Of a stretch of 64,000 nt of DNA, positions 1 to 10,192 are shown in pieces. The notes under the pieces are model-generated. The model was given only the letters and a program-made list of their open reading frames with translations. It did no database searches and was not told the origin of the DNA. Origin of the DNA: Myxococcota bacterium (GTDB lineage Bacteria > Myxococcota_A > Polyangia > Nannocystales > Nannocystaceae). A program made the position numbers and the translations under genes. Numbering within the stretch: the first letter of the stretch is position 1; the number at the start of each line of letters is the position of its first letter. The DNA lies in the NCBI GenBank assembly GCA_039028615.1, contig JBCCHT010000024.1:1-64000 (forward strand), read 5' to 3'.

Positions 1-258
1 CAAACGGTCAAATTCGAGTTGCCTCACCACTCATTCCTAAATTGAACCGGCATCAACTTCAGTTGAAAAACCGTACATGTCCTGAATGACTAGGCGCGTC
101 GGAACTCGACTCCGGCGGGGGAGCGAGCACGAGCCCGAGCACAATTGCTGCCACGCCGGTCATCGTGATGCCGCCTCCGGTCGCGAAACGGGCCAGGAGC
201 GTTCGCCCCAGGTCGATCGCGAGGACTGTCGCAGTGCTGCTACCATCGCCGGCCGACG

Positions 259-1971
<1,713 letters not shown>

Positions 1972-2000
1972 CCGCGGAGCATCGAGGCCGCCCGCGGGAC

Positions 2001-2681
2001 TCACCCCGGAACTCCGAGAATTACGCACCAGTTCTCGATCAGGCCCACGCCGCTCGCCGCATCGACGCGCAGCGTCCAGGTGCCCGCGACATTGGTCTGC
2101 CCCAGCAGCGGAGCCAGGGGCTGCACGGGGGTGACCATGCCTTGGACCGCGATGAACTCCCCGGGGATGCACAGCTCGGAGGCCGAGCCGCTGCCCAGGT
2201 CGTCGAACACGGCCTGGAGGTTCTCGCCCTCGCAATCGGGTTGGTCGAGCAGCTGGACGACGGTGCCGTCGGGCGCCACCAGCTCCAGGCGCAGCTCGGC
2301 CAGCAGCGGGTGCTGCATGCGGATGCCGATCGTCACGTCGACCACGTTCGCCGTGGCGGGCACGTCGAGGGGCAGCTCGAACGAGGGCATGCGGGCGTCC
2401 ATCTTGGCGCCCGCCGTGCAGTGCTGGATCACGGGCGGCGGCTCGCCGGTCGACGACGAGTCGGCCGGGGCGGGGCCCGTGCCCGGGTCGTCCTGGTCGG
2501 TGGTCACTCCCGTGTCGTCGAGCGAGCCCGACGCGGCGCTGGTCATCGCGTCGCTGGTGGCACCCAGGCTGTCGGTGGCACCGGTGCCTGCGTCCAGCTC
2601 GACCGGGACCTCTCGGATCTCACCGCAACCAAGGGCGGTACCCAGCACCACCAACGAGAGCCCGAGGGGACGAGTGCGCAT
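2001..2681 (-). CDS. Lipoprotein with proprotein convertase P-domain
   Basis: Lipobox ALGC, T/S/D-rich tether, P-domain motifs LRLELVAPDGTVVQL and GTWTLRV...IENW. Confidence 0.8.
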   Translation of the reverse strand: MRTRPLGLSLVVLGTALGCGEIREVPVELDAGTGATDSLGATSDAMTSAASGSLDDTGVTTDQDDPGTGPAPADSSSTGEPPPVIQHCTAGAKMDARMPSFELPLDVPATANVVDVTIGIRMQHPLLAELRLELVAPDGTVVQLLDQPDCEGENLQAVFDDLGSGSASELCIPGEFIAVQGMVTPVQPLAPLLGQTNVAGTWTLRVDAASGVGLIENWCVILGVPG

Positions 2682-2825
2682 GGACGAGCTACGGTATCAG
2701 CCCCGCCGCAGTTTCGTCCGTGTTTCGTTGCGTCCCGAATTCGCCACGAGACGGTTGACGGGCGGAAACCGGGAGGAAACCCGTCGTACCGCCCGCCCTG
2801 GCGCGTTTGGTGTGTTGGGCCTCGC

Positions 2826-3281
2826 TCAGTAGGAGATGCCCGCACGCCGATACACGAAGCCCAGCAGCCACAGCGGACCGATGAGCAAGAACTGGAGATC
2901 CTGGAAGAACGAGGGCTTTTTGCCCTCGATGATGTGACCGATGAACTGGCCGATCCACGCCACCACGAAGATGAGTAGCGACGACACCCACAGCGGCATG
3001 GGCAGGGCCTCGAGGGCGATGGCGCCCAGGTACAGCCCTGTGCTCACCACGAACATACCCAGGGCCAGTCGCACCGACATCAGCAGGTAAAAGCCCAGGC
3101 CCAGGCCCAGCACGAGCGTGGCCGGGTTGAGCCAGCTGGCGCCGAAGGTCACGGGGATGGAAGCGAGCAGGCCGAAGAGGCTGAGCACGATCGCGGGGAT
3201 GCAGAGCCAGTGGATCAGCTTGTTCGTGGCGTTTTGGTGGCTCTCTCCGTAGAGCTCGAACCATTGATCGGCGGTCTTCAT
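2826..3281 (-). CDS. DUF962 / Mpo1-like membrane protein
   Basis: YGESHQNATNKLIHWLCIP and QFIGHIIEGKKPSFFQDLQFLLIGP motifs. Confidence 0.9.
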   Translation of the reverse strand: MKTADQWFELYGESHQNATNKLIHWLCIPAIVLSLFGLLASIPVTFGASWLNPATLVLGLGLGFYLLMSVRLALGMFVVSTGLYLGAIALEALPMPLWVSSLLIFVVAWIGQFIGHIIEGKKPSFFQDLQFLLIGPLWLLGFVYRRAGISY

Positions 3282-3297
3282 GACGTTCGTTCCTTCC

Positions 3298-3939
3298 TCA
3301 GGGGGCCGGGGCCAGTAGGTAGCTCGTGAGCATGCGGGACAGCTGCTGGACGTGGGCGTCGCGGTCGGGCGCGCGCTCGGTCTGCCACAGCTCGGAAAAG
3401 ACGATGGACTCGCGGAGGTAGCCGGCCGTCATCAAGATGGCCTGCTCGACGGCGAGCACCGGGTCGGGGTGCTGCATCTGCTCGCGGTGCACGAGCCACG
3501 ACGACGCGGCCAGGCGCAGCAGCGAGGCATTGAACTCGCGGGTAGGGCCGGCGAAGGCGGTCTGGCGGCGGGCCTGCACGATGACCGCCCGCAAGACCCC
3601 GCGGCGCTCGAGGTGGAAGTCGACCAGGACCTCGAGCTGCTGCTTCAGCAGCTCGGACAGCGGCACCGACTGCGCACGGTCGGGAGCGAAGAGCGTGGCC
3701 AGGGTGACCGAGACCTCCTCGAACAGTCGCTGCCGCAGGTGATCGAGCAGCACGTCCTTCGACTCGACGCGACCGTAGAAGGTACCCACCGAGCAGCCCG
3801 CCTTCTTACAGATGGCACCGACGGTGACCTCCTCGAAGGTCTGGGTGTCCAGCGCGGTCTCGAACGCATCGAGGATGCGCTTGAGGGTGCGACGGCTTCG
3901 CTGCTGCCGGGGCTCGGCGATGGCGCTGGAGGAGGGCAT
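3298..3939 (-). CDS. TetR/AcrR family transcriptional regulator
   Basis: QQRSRRTLKRILDA...TVGAICKKAGCSVGTFYGRVESK HTH; start taken at ATG 3939. Confidence 0.9.
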   Translation of the reverse strand: MPSSSAIAEPRQQRSRRTLKRILDAFETALDTQTFEEVTVGAICKKAGCSVGTFYGRVESKDVLLDHLRQRLFEEVSVTLATLFAPDRAQSVPLSELLKQQLEVLVDFHLERRGVLRAVIVQARRQTAFAGPTREFNASLLRLAASSWLVHREQMQHPDPVLAVEQAILMTAGYLRESIVFSELWQTERAPDRDAHVQQLSRMLTSYLLAPAP

Positions 3940-3958
3940 GGCTGGTGTTCGATAACTC

Positions 3959-3982
3959 GAATCCGAATCCGTGTTCGGATTC
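3959..3982. promoter_or_regulatory. Candidate TetR operator (9-bp inverted repeat)
   Basis: GAATCCGAA-N6-TTCGGATTC about 20 nt upstream of the TetR start. Confidence 0.55.
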
Positions 3983-4067
3983 TGGCCGGGAACCCGGACG
4001 AACGCAATCGGAAATCTCGAGAATCGAGATCTCTCAGCGAATTCAAAGGGTTGGAGATGTGCGCGCG

Positions 4068-4970
4068 CTACACGTGGCGGGCGATTCCCGCCGCCAGGCG
4101 CTCGGCGGCGGCCGGGCAGAGCCGGAACCACAGCTCCGGTTCGACCAGCTCCAGCTCCATCACCGCCAGTTGTCCGTCGTTGTCACGGATCATGTCGACA
4201 CGACCGTAGAGCGGCGCGGGATCGCAGGCGGCCATGGCTTTCTCGGCGAACGCGATCTCTTCGGCCGTCGGCGTATACGGATGCACGGTGCCGCCGTAGT
4301 CGTCTTGCACGCGAAAGTCACCCGCCTTGGCGACCTTGCGCAGGGCGTGGGTGAACTGACCGTCGATCACCACCAGCGTGGTCTCGCCGTCCTCGATGAT
4401 GGCCCGCTGAAAGGGCTGGAGGATCATCGTCTGACGATCGAAGAGCTCTGCGACGGAGGCCTGCACCTGCGCGGCGTTCGAGGCATCGACGCGATGGGTA
4501 TGCCGCGCCGCGCCCGAGACGGCAGGCTTGAGCACGGCGCCCTCGAGCCCGTGCGCCTCCAGCATGGCCGCGAGGTCGACCGGCGTGCCTGGCTCGATGA
4601 ACAGGCTCGGCACCGTATGGACGCCGCGCTGCTCGAGATCCTGCAGGTAGTGCTTGTCCACGTTCCAGCGCACCAGCGGCGCGGGGTTGAACAGCGTGGT
4701 CTGCTCGGCCGCCCGATCCAGCCAGGCGAGGAATTCTTCGAAGCGTTCGAAGTAGTCCCAGGTGGTGCGAAAGACCGCGAGCGGGAAGTCGGACCAGCGC
4801 ACGTCCTCGCGGGACCAGGCGACCCGCCGCGACCCGATGCCCAAGGCCGTCAGCGCATCGATGACCAGCCCGTCTTCCTGCAGGATGTTGTCGGTGTACC
4901 AGTGCCCCGGCGACAGCTCCTCGAAGCGAGGATCCGTCAGCAGGGCGATGGTGGGCGTGGCACCCGTCAC
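4068..4970 (-). CDS. ATP-grasp (RimK/glutathione synthetase-like) ligase
   Basis: FRTTWDY, WNVDKHYL, LKPAVSG, GDFRVQDDYGG, YGRVD, MELELVEPEL; GTG start overlaps the upstream stop (GTGA, 4967-4970). Confidence 0.85.
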   Translation of the reverse strand: MTGATPTIALLTDPRFEELSPGHWYTDNILQEDGLVIDALTALGIGSRRVAWSREDVRWSDFPLAVFRTTWDYFERFEEFLAWLDRAAEQTTLFNPAPLVRWNVDKHYLQDLEQRGVHTVPSLFIEPGTPVDLAAMLEAHGLEGAVLKPAVSGAARHTHRVDASNAAQVQASVAELFDRQTMILQPFQRAIIEDGETTLVVIDGQFTHALRKVAKAGDFRVQDDYGGTVHPYTPTAEEIAFAEKAMAACDPAPLYGRVDMIRDNDGQLAVMELELVEPELWFRLCPAAAERLAAGIARHV

Positions 4971-7147
4971 GGCTTGGCCTCGACGCCGAGCTGATCGAAG
5001 AGGAACGCGAAGCCGTCGACCGTCTGCTCGACGCGAGCATGCAGCGGGGTCCCGCCGCCGTGCCCGGTATTGGCGCTCGTACGAAGCAGGACGGGCCGGT
5101 CGCCGCCCGTGGCCGCTTGTAGGCGCGCGGTCATCTTGCGCGACTGCATCGGGTCGACCCGCGGATCGTTGGCTCCGGTCATCATCAGCACCGCGGGGTA
5201 GGTCTTGCCGTCGACGACGTTGTGGTAGGGCGAGTAGGCGTGCAGGGCTTTGAACTGCGCGGGGTCCTTCACCGTGCCGTACTCGACGATGTTGAAGGCG
5301 CCATTGGACGAAAGCTCCACCCGCAGCATGTCGTAGATGCCCACGTGCGACACCACGGCCCGCATGCGGTCGGGGTGCTGGACCAGCGCTGCGCCCATCA
5401 GCAGCCCCCCGTTGCTCCCGCCCTCGATCGCCAGGTGCTCCGTGTTGGTGTAGCCGCCGTCGATCATGTGCTGGAGCGCCGCGTCGAAGTCGTCGAACAC
5501 GTTCTGCTTCTGGGTCAGTCGCCCCGCCTCGTGCCACGCGTCGCCGAACTCGCTGCCCCCGCGAAGGTTGACCACGGCCAGCACGAAACCGTGACGCAGC
5601 AGCACCGACCACGTCGAGCGCTGGCTGGGGGTGATGTTGACCCCGAAGCCGCCGTAGCCCGTGACCAGGCAGGGGTTGCTGCCGTCGAGCTTCGTGCCCT
5701 CGCTCATGATGATGTTGACCGGGATCTTCGTGCCGTCGAGCGAGGTTGCCATCTCGCGGCGGACGTCCACGCCGGAGAAGTCGGCGGGGGACGAGGCCGA
5801 CAGTGGGCTCTTGGTGGTGGTGCCCGCCTTCGCGTCCCAGCGATTCCAGGTCAGGGGCTCCACGAACGAGGTCGTATCGAAGAGCAGGTCGTCGCCACCG
5901 ATGGGGACCATGGCGTGCACGGCCGACACGGGAGGGCTGTCGGGGGTCGCGGCCGGCGTGCCGTCGAGGTCGAAGCTGCGCAGCTCCGAGGGCCCGCCCG
6001 TCTGGTACATGACGTACAGGCGCGAGTCGGTCGCCACCACCGTGCCGCTGCTCCAGAAGCTGGTGACCAGCGTGTCCGTACCTTCGGCGATGATCTCCTT
6101 GGCCGTGTCCACCTGAGGCTTCTTCGCCGAGGTCACCAGCAGGCGGCCCCGCGGGGCCTTGGCCCGCGACACCACGAAGAGCTTGTCGCGTGGCCCGAAG
6201 GCGAGGTGCACCACGCGGTCCCCGAACTCGCTGAGCTGAGTCCAGGTGCCGTCGGGCTGGCGCAGGTAGTGGCTGAACTCGCCGCCGTCGCCCTTTTGCA
6301 CGGTCGCCAGCACGCGGCCGCTGGCATCGTCGGCATCGAGCTGGATCTCCGCCACGCGCACGAAGTCCTCGCCCAGCTCGTAGCGATCGTCGGCGACCGG
6401 AGTGCCCAGCGCGTGAAAGTACAGCTGCTGGTAGAACGCCATGTCCTCGGGCGGTCGCTGCCCCTCGCGCGGGTACCGGGTATAGAAGACGCCCTTGCCG
6501 TCGGGGGTCCACGCCAGGTCGCCGCCCGCCGTGCCTCCGTTGACGCGCTCGAGGGTCTCGAACACTTCCTCGCCGCTGGCCACGTCGTAAAAGTGCACGT
6601 CGCCGCTCTCGCTGCCGCCCTTGGACAGCGAGACCGCGAGGGTCTTGCCGTCGGGGGAGGGGATGAACCAGTCGACCGAGATCGAGCCTTCGGCGTCCAG
6701 CGCCTCGGGATCGAGCAAGATCCGCTCGCTACCCAGGTCGTCGGGATCGTCGAGCACCACGATGAGGCGCTGGGGCTTGGGCGGCTGACGCTTGCTCGCG
6801 AACAGCTTGCCGCCGGCCGGGTGCAGGCTGCCGTACGACACGATGGGCGCCGCCAGGATCTTCTCGACTTGCGGTCGCAGGACCTCGGCTGCGGGCAGGC
6901 CGTCGAGGTAGTGGCGCGTGTATTCGTTCTGAGCCGCGGCCCAGGTGATCACCTGCTCGGCGCTGCCGTCCTCGAGCCAGCGGTAGGGGTCGGAGACCTC
7001 GACACCGTGGTAGTCGTCGACCACGTCGTCGGCCTGCGTGGCGGGCACGGGCGGTGGCCCGTGCATCGTCGCGGGGTCAGGCAGTGGCTTGCACGCCGTG
7101 GGAACGAAGCCGAGAGCGAGGACGAAAGCGATCGACAGGCGCCGCAT
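4967..7147 (-). CDS. Prolyl oligopeptidase (S9A), lipoprotein
   Basis: Lipobox PTAC; DPYRWLED; nucleophile GGSNGG; NDPRV Asp; GHG His. Confidence 0.95.
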   Translation of the reverse strand: MRRLSIAFVLALGFVPTACKPLPDPATMHGPPPVPATQADDVVDDYHGVEVSDPYRWLEDGSAEQVITWAAAQNEYTRHYLDGLPAAEVLRPQVEKILAAPIVSYGSLHPAGGKLFASKRQPPKPQRLIVVLDDPDDLGSERILLDPEALDAEGSISVDWFIPSPDGKTLAVSLSKGGSESGDVHFYDVASGEEVFETLERVNGGTAGGDLAWTPDGKGVFYTRYPREGQRPPEDMAFYQQLYFHALGTPVADDRYELGEDFVRVAEIQLDADDASGRVLATVQKGDGGEFSHYLRQPDGTWTQLSEFGDRVVHLAFGPRDKLFVVSRAKAPRGRLLVTSAKKPQVDTAKEIIAEGTDTLVTSFWSSGTVVATDSRLYVMYQTGGPSELRSFDLDGTPAATPDSPPVSAVHAMVPIGGDDLLFDTTSFVEPLTWNRWDAKAGTTTKSPLSASSPADFSGVDVRREMATSLDGTKIPVNIIMSEGTKLDGSNPCLVTGYGGFGVNITPSQRSTWSVLLRHGFVLAVVNLRGGSEFGDAWHEAGRLTQKQNVFDDFDAALQHMIDGGYTNTEHLAIEGGSNGGLLMGAALVQHPDRMRAVVSHVGIYDMLRVELSSNGAFNIVEYGTVKDPAQFKALHAYSPYHNVVDGKTYPAVLMMTGANDPRVDPMQSRKMTARLQAATGGDRPVLLRTSANTGHGGGTPLHARVEQTVDGFAFLFDQLGVEAKP

Positions 7148-7217
7148 GCCGTCGACTTATCACGGTTTTTCTCTGCCGCCGTGCCCTTGGTTGCGATCAC
7201 GTTATGCTGCGCGCGAC

Positions 7218-7538
7218 ATGTCCAACTCGGTCCGTGCTTCCCACATTTTGCTCATGTACAAGGGCTCGATGCGCTCGAGCGCCAGCCGCTCCCAAGACGA
7301 GGCGAAGGCGCTGATTCAGAAGCTGCACGACGAGGTCCACGGTGGCGGCGACTTTGCCGCCCTGGCCAAGCAGCACTCCGACTGCCCCTCGTCGGCCAAG
7401 GGCGGAGACCTCGGCAACTTCGGTCGCGGTCAGATGGTCGCCGCCTTCGAGGAGTCCGCGTTCGGCATGGACGTCGGCCAGACCAGCGGCATCGTCGAGA
7501 CGCCCTTCGGCTACCACTTGATCCAGCGCACCGGCTGA
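7218..7538 (+). CDS. Parvulin-type peptidyl-prolyl cis-trans isomerase
   Basis: VRASHILL, SDCPS, GGDLG, ETPFGYHLI; ATG 7218. Confidence 0.95.
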   Translation: MSNSVRASHILLMYKGSMRSSASRSQDEAKALIQKLHDEVHGGGDFAALAKQHSDCPSSAKGGDLGNFGRGQMVAAFEESAFGMDVGQTSGIVETPFGYHLIQRTG

Positions 7539-7544
7539 GCACCG

Positions 7545-7895
7545 TTGATTTACAAGATCTGCAGCGCCGAAGACTGGGCCGCGTGCCAGCGCGAAGGTCG
7601 GCTCCCCTGGGCGGAGGTCGATCGTCGCGATGGCTTCGTGCACCTGTCGGCGGCGCATCAGCTCCAGGGCACCGCGGCCAAGCACTTTCGCGGCCGCGAC
7701 GGCCTCGTCCTGCTCGAGGTCGACCCGCAGCGACTGCCGCCGGACTCCCTGCGCTGGGAGGTCTCCCGCGGTGGCGACCGTTTCCCGCACGTCTACGCGG
7801 ATCTCCCGCACACCGCCGTGATCCGGGCCGAACCCGCGCCCCTGGGCCCCGATGGTGTGCCCCAGCTGCCCTTCGGCCCGAACGATAAAGATTAG
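7545..7895 (+). CDS. DUF952 family protein
   Basis: IYKI, DRRDGFVHLS, LRWEVSRGGDRFPHVY. Confidence 0.9.
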   Translation: MIYKICSAEDWAACQREGRLPWAEVDRRDGFVHLSAAHQLQGTAAKHFRGRDGLVLLEVDPQRLPPDSLRWEVSRGGDRFPHVYADLPHTAVIRAEPAPLGPDGVPQLPFGPNDKD

Positions 7896-7928
7896 ATCGG
7901 TCGTCACACTCGGCCGTTGAGGGAAGCC

Positions 7929-8396
7929 ATGCGACTTCCCTCCAAGCTTCTCGGTCAGGTTCGCGTGGGTGTCGGTGTGGGCGCCGTCGTGCTCGGAGGC
8001 TGCGACCTCGCCGAGCCCGTGGCCACCACCGCCGCGGCTGAAGTCGCCGCCGAGGCCTCCGAGATGCAGCCGCAGGCGCGCCCCAAACACGAGCCCATGC
8101 TCCTGTCGCGCCACGTGGTCGAAGCTGCCGAAGAGGTCCGCACCAAGTCCGCCCCGCAGAAAGCTCCGACTATCCGGGCCGAGGTGAGTGCGCCGCAGTC
8201 GGTGCAGATCGGCGACGGCAAGGGCTTCGTGCCCTACATCGACCCGATTGCCGAAGGCATCATCGCGACCGCCGGGCCCACCCCACGGCCTCGTATTCGC
8301 CGGCATAAAAAGCAGGTCGACGAGCCCTGCGAGACCGGCAAGGTCGAGGTTGGCTCGCCGAGCGGCTGGGACTGCCCGGCCTGTGGCCGCGGCTAG
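7929..8396 (+). CDS. Candidate chryseobasin-like (ChrA-like) MNIO RiPP precursor, lipoprotein signal, C-terminal CPACGRG
   Basis: SD-like GAGGGA before ATG 7929; N-terminus MRLPSKLLG...VVLGGC (Cys25); ends WDCPACGRG-stop, one residue from the ChrA core CPACGMG; ChrH-like MNIO 1.8 kb downstream. Confidence 0.75.
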   Translation: MRLPSKLLGQVRVGVGVGAVVLGGCDLAEPVATTAAAEVAAEASEMQPQARPKHEPMLLSRHVVEAAEEVRTKSAPQKAPTIRAEVSAPQSVQIGDGKGFVPYIDPIAEGIIATAGPTPRPRIRRHKKQVDEPCETGKVEVGSPSGWDCPACGRG

Positions 8397-9994
8397 GGGT
8401 CTCCGCTGGCCATCGGTCGTGAATCCCCACTATCGTTGGCCGCTGTGCTCCCGAATACGTCGGGGTTTCGAAGGGCCTCGATGAGCCCCTTCATCGCTGC
8501 TCGATCGAGTTCATTGTCGACGGTCGTCGATGTATCCGTGGTCAGGGATGGATAGCTCTCCGCCAGCTCCTGCGCGACGTCATAGAACTGCATGCGGAGT
8601 GGGTTGTTGCCGTGAAGCGGGACAGTGGAGGGCGGCTCTCGTCGAGATCCCAAGCGGCTGAGCTTGTTCTTCATCCAATGCAGCCCCTTGCGAACCAACT
8701 TCTCGACACGGATGGACAACCGCTCGATTCGCTCGAATAGGGTGCGGGGCGGTATTCGAGGGACTTTCGGCAGAACCGCTCGTAGGTCGCGGCGCACCTG
8801 AGGCGTGATGAACTCTTGCCCGTCCGAGTTCGCGGGCCAGAAAGAATTCGCCGCTTTGGCCCGTTTCCCGAGCGCCTCCGCCCCGAACAGCACCTCGAGC
8901 GTCTTCGAGATCGACGTGTGGTCGAGCTGCGTGTCGAAGATGGTGCCCGCTCGGATCCACGGAGACATGATGATCGCGGGGACGCGTGGCCCCAGACGAT
9001 CGAATGCAAACTCGTAGCCGTCGTCCGTGGAGTACCGCACCTCGTCGGGCGGGACGGCTCGGGGGGGCGGCTCGTGATCGAAGAAACCACCGTGCTCGTC
9101 GTAGACGAGTAGGAAGAGGGTCTTGGAAAACAGCTCGGTGTTCGCGGTGAGGGCATCGTGAATCTTCGCGATGAGGCGCTCACCTTCGACGAACTCCTCT
9201 GCGGAGTCTGCTTGTCCCGGGTGTTGACTGTTTCCAGAACCGACCAAGCCGTAGTCGGGCTCTACCCACGCGAGGTGCGGGAGTGTGTTGTCTTCGATGT
9301 CGCCGAGGAGGTCCCGGTGGCTACGAAACCGACCCGCGGTACGAAGAGCAGGGTAGGTGGCGGCGAATGGGACGTCCTCGTGGTAGATCTTCCATTCGCG
9401 ACCCGTGGCTTCGACTGCGCTGAAGATCGTGGGGCGGCTCTTGCCGATGTTGCCGCGGACGTAGTTGTCGACTTCGCCGTTGGATGTTCCCGAGAACGCG
9501 TAGTCCCGGTTGGGAAAGGTCTGCCCGGGTACGGAGCAGAACCACCGGGTGCATACCGCATACTCCTTGGCCAACGTCGAGATGACCGGAATCTTCGATT
9601 CGTCCATGCACTGCATGACGCGAAGGGCATGTTTTCGCGCCGCGCCTCTGGAGAACAGCGGTCGCAACTTGCTGCTGTAGTAGTTCCGAACAAAGCCACG
9701 CATCTTCGGGGCTGGAAGTGGTTCGCTGGGGGCTGGCAGCCAGTCCTTGGGGGCGTCTTCGTTCCCGAAGATTTGCTGGATCGCGTCGATGTGGTCGTGG
9801 CCAGGGCCCACGATCTCGTAGCGGGCCTTGGCATCGACACCACGTCCCTTGCGCATCTCAGCAGAGTATTTGTTCGGGTGGGCGCCCGCCCGGAGGCGTG
9901 GATAGTTCGGCGACGGGTGGTCCAGAAAGCCGAGAAGATGATCGAACGACCGGTTCTCCATCATGAGGACGATGACGTGTTCAATCTGCGGCAC
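8393..9994 (-). CDS. Phosphoesterase / non-specific phospholipase C family, no signal peptide
   Basis: IEHVIVLMMENRSFDHLLG, SVPGQTFPNR, YDEHGGFFDH, RLGPRVPAIIMSPW; A/T-richer than flanks. Confidence 0.92.
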   Translation of the reverse strand: MPQIEHVIVLMMENRSFDHLLGFLDHPSPNYPRLRAGAHPNKYSAEMRKGRGVDAKARYEIVGPGHDHIDAIQQIFGNEDAPKDWLPAPSEPLPAPKMRGFVRNYYSSKLRPLFSRGAARKHALRVMQCMDESKIPVISTLAKEYAVCTRWFCSVPGQTFPNRDYAFSGTSNGEVDNYVRGNIGKSRPTIFSAVEATGREWKIYHEDVPFAATYPALRTAGRFRSHRDLLGDIEDNTLPHLAWVEPDYGLVGSGNSQHPGQADSAEEFVEGERLIAKIHDALTANTELFSKTLFLLVYDEHGGFFDHEPPPRAVPPDEVRYSTDDGYEFAFDRLGPRVPAIIMSPWIRAGTIFDTQLDHTSISKTLEVLFGAEALGKRAKAANSFWPANSDGQEFITPQVRRDLRAVLPKVPRIPPRTLFERIERLSIRVEKLVRKGLHWMKNKLSRLGSRREPPSTVPLHGNNPLRMQFYDVAQELAESYPSLTTDTSTTVDNELDRAAMKGLIEALRNPDVFGSTAANDSGDSRPMASGDP

Positions 9995-10192
9995 GGCGTC
10001 TCCAGGCTCTTCCGAAGTCGTGGAGCGAGCTCCGCGGTCTCGAGGAAGTGGTCGTGCCTGGTAGTGACCAGCGGCTACGATCCCGTCACGCCGAAGTCGA
10101 AATTCTCCGAAAGGGCGAAAAATCCGGCCTTTGGCGCCTTCACTCGACGATGGGACTGGTCCCCACCGCAGCGGCTATGCTGCTCGTTGCCC

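Noticed and set aside
4971..6512. 814-aa fusion upstream of the ATP-grasp domain
   Set aside because: Off-frame overlap with the prolyl oligopeptidase; the GTGA-coupled start at 4970 explains the gene.
8389..10177. GCGGCTA at 8389-8395, 10071-10077 and 10171-10177 as a target-site duplication around the phospholipase gene
   Set aside because: A 7-mer is likely by chance, there is no transposase or terminal repeat, and excision would remove the precursor stop codon.
9158..10192. N-terminal extension of the MNIO ORF to 635 aa
   Set aside because: It is antisense to the phospholipase gene; DUF692 similarity begins at ATG 10193.
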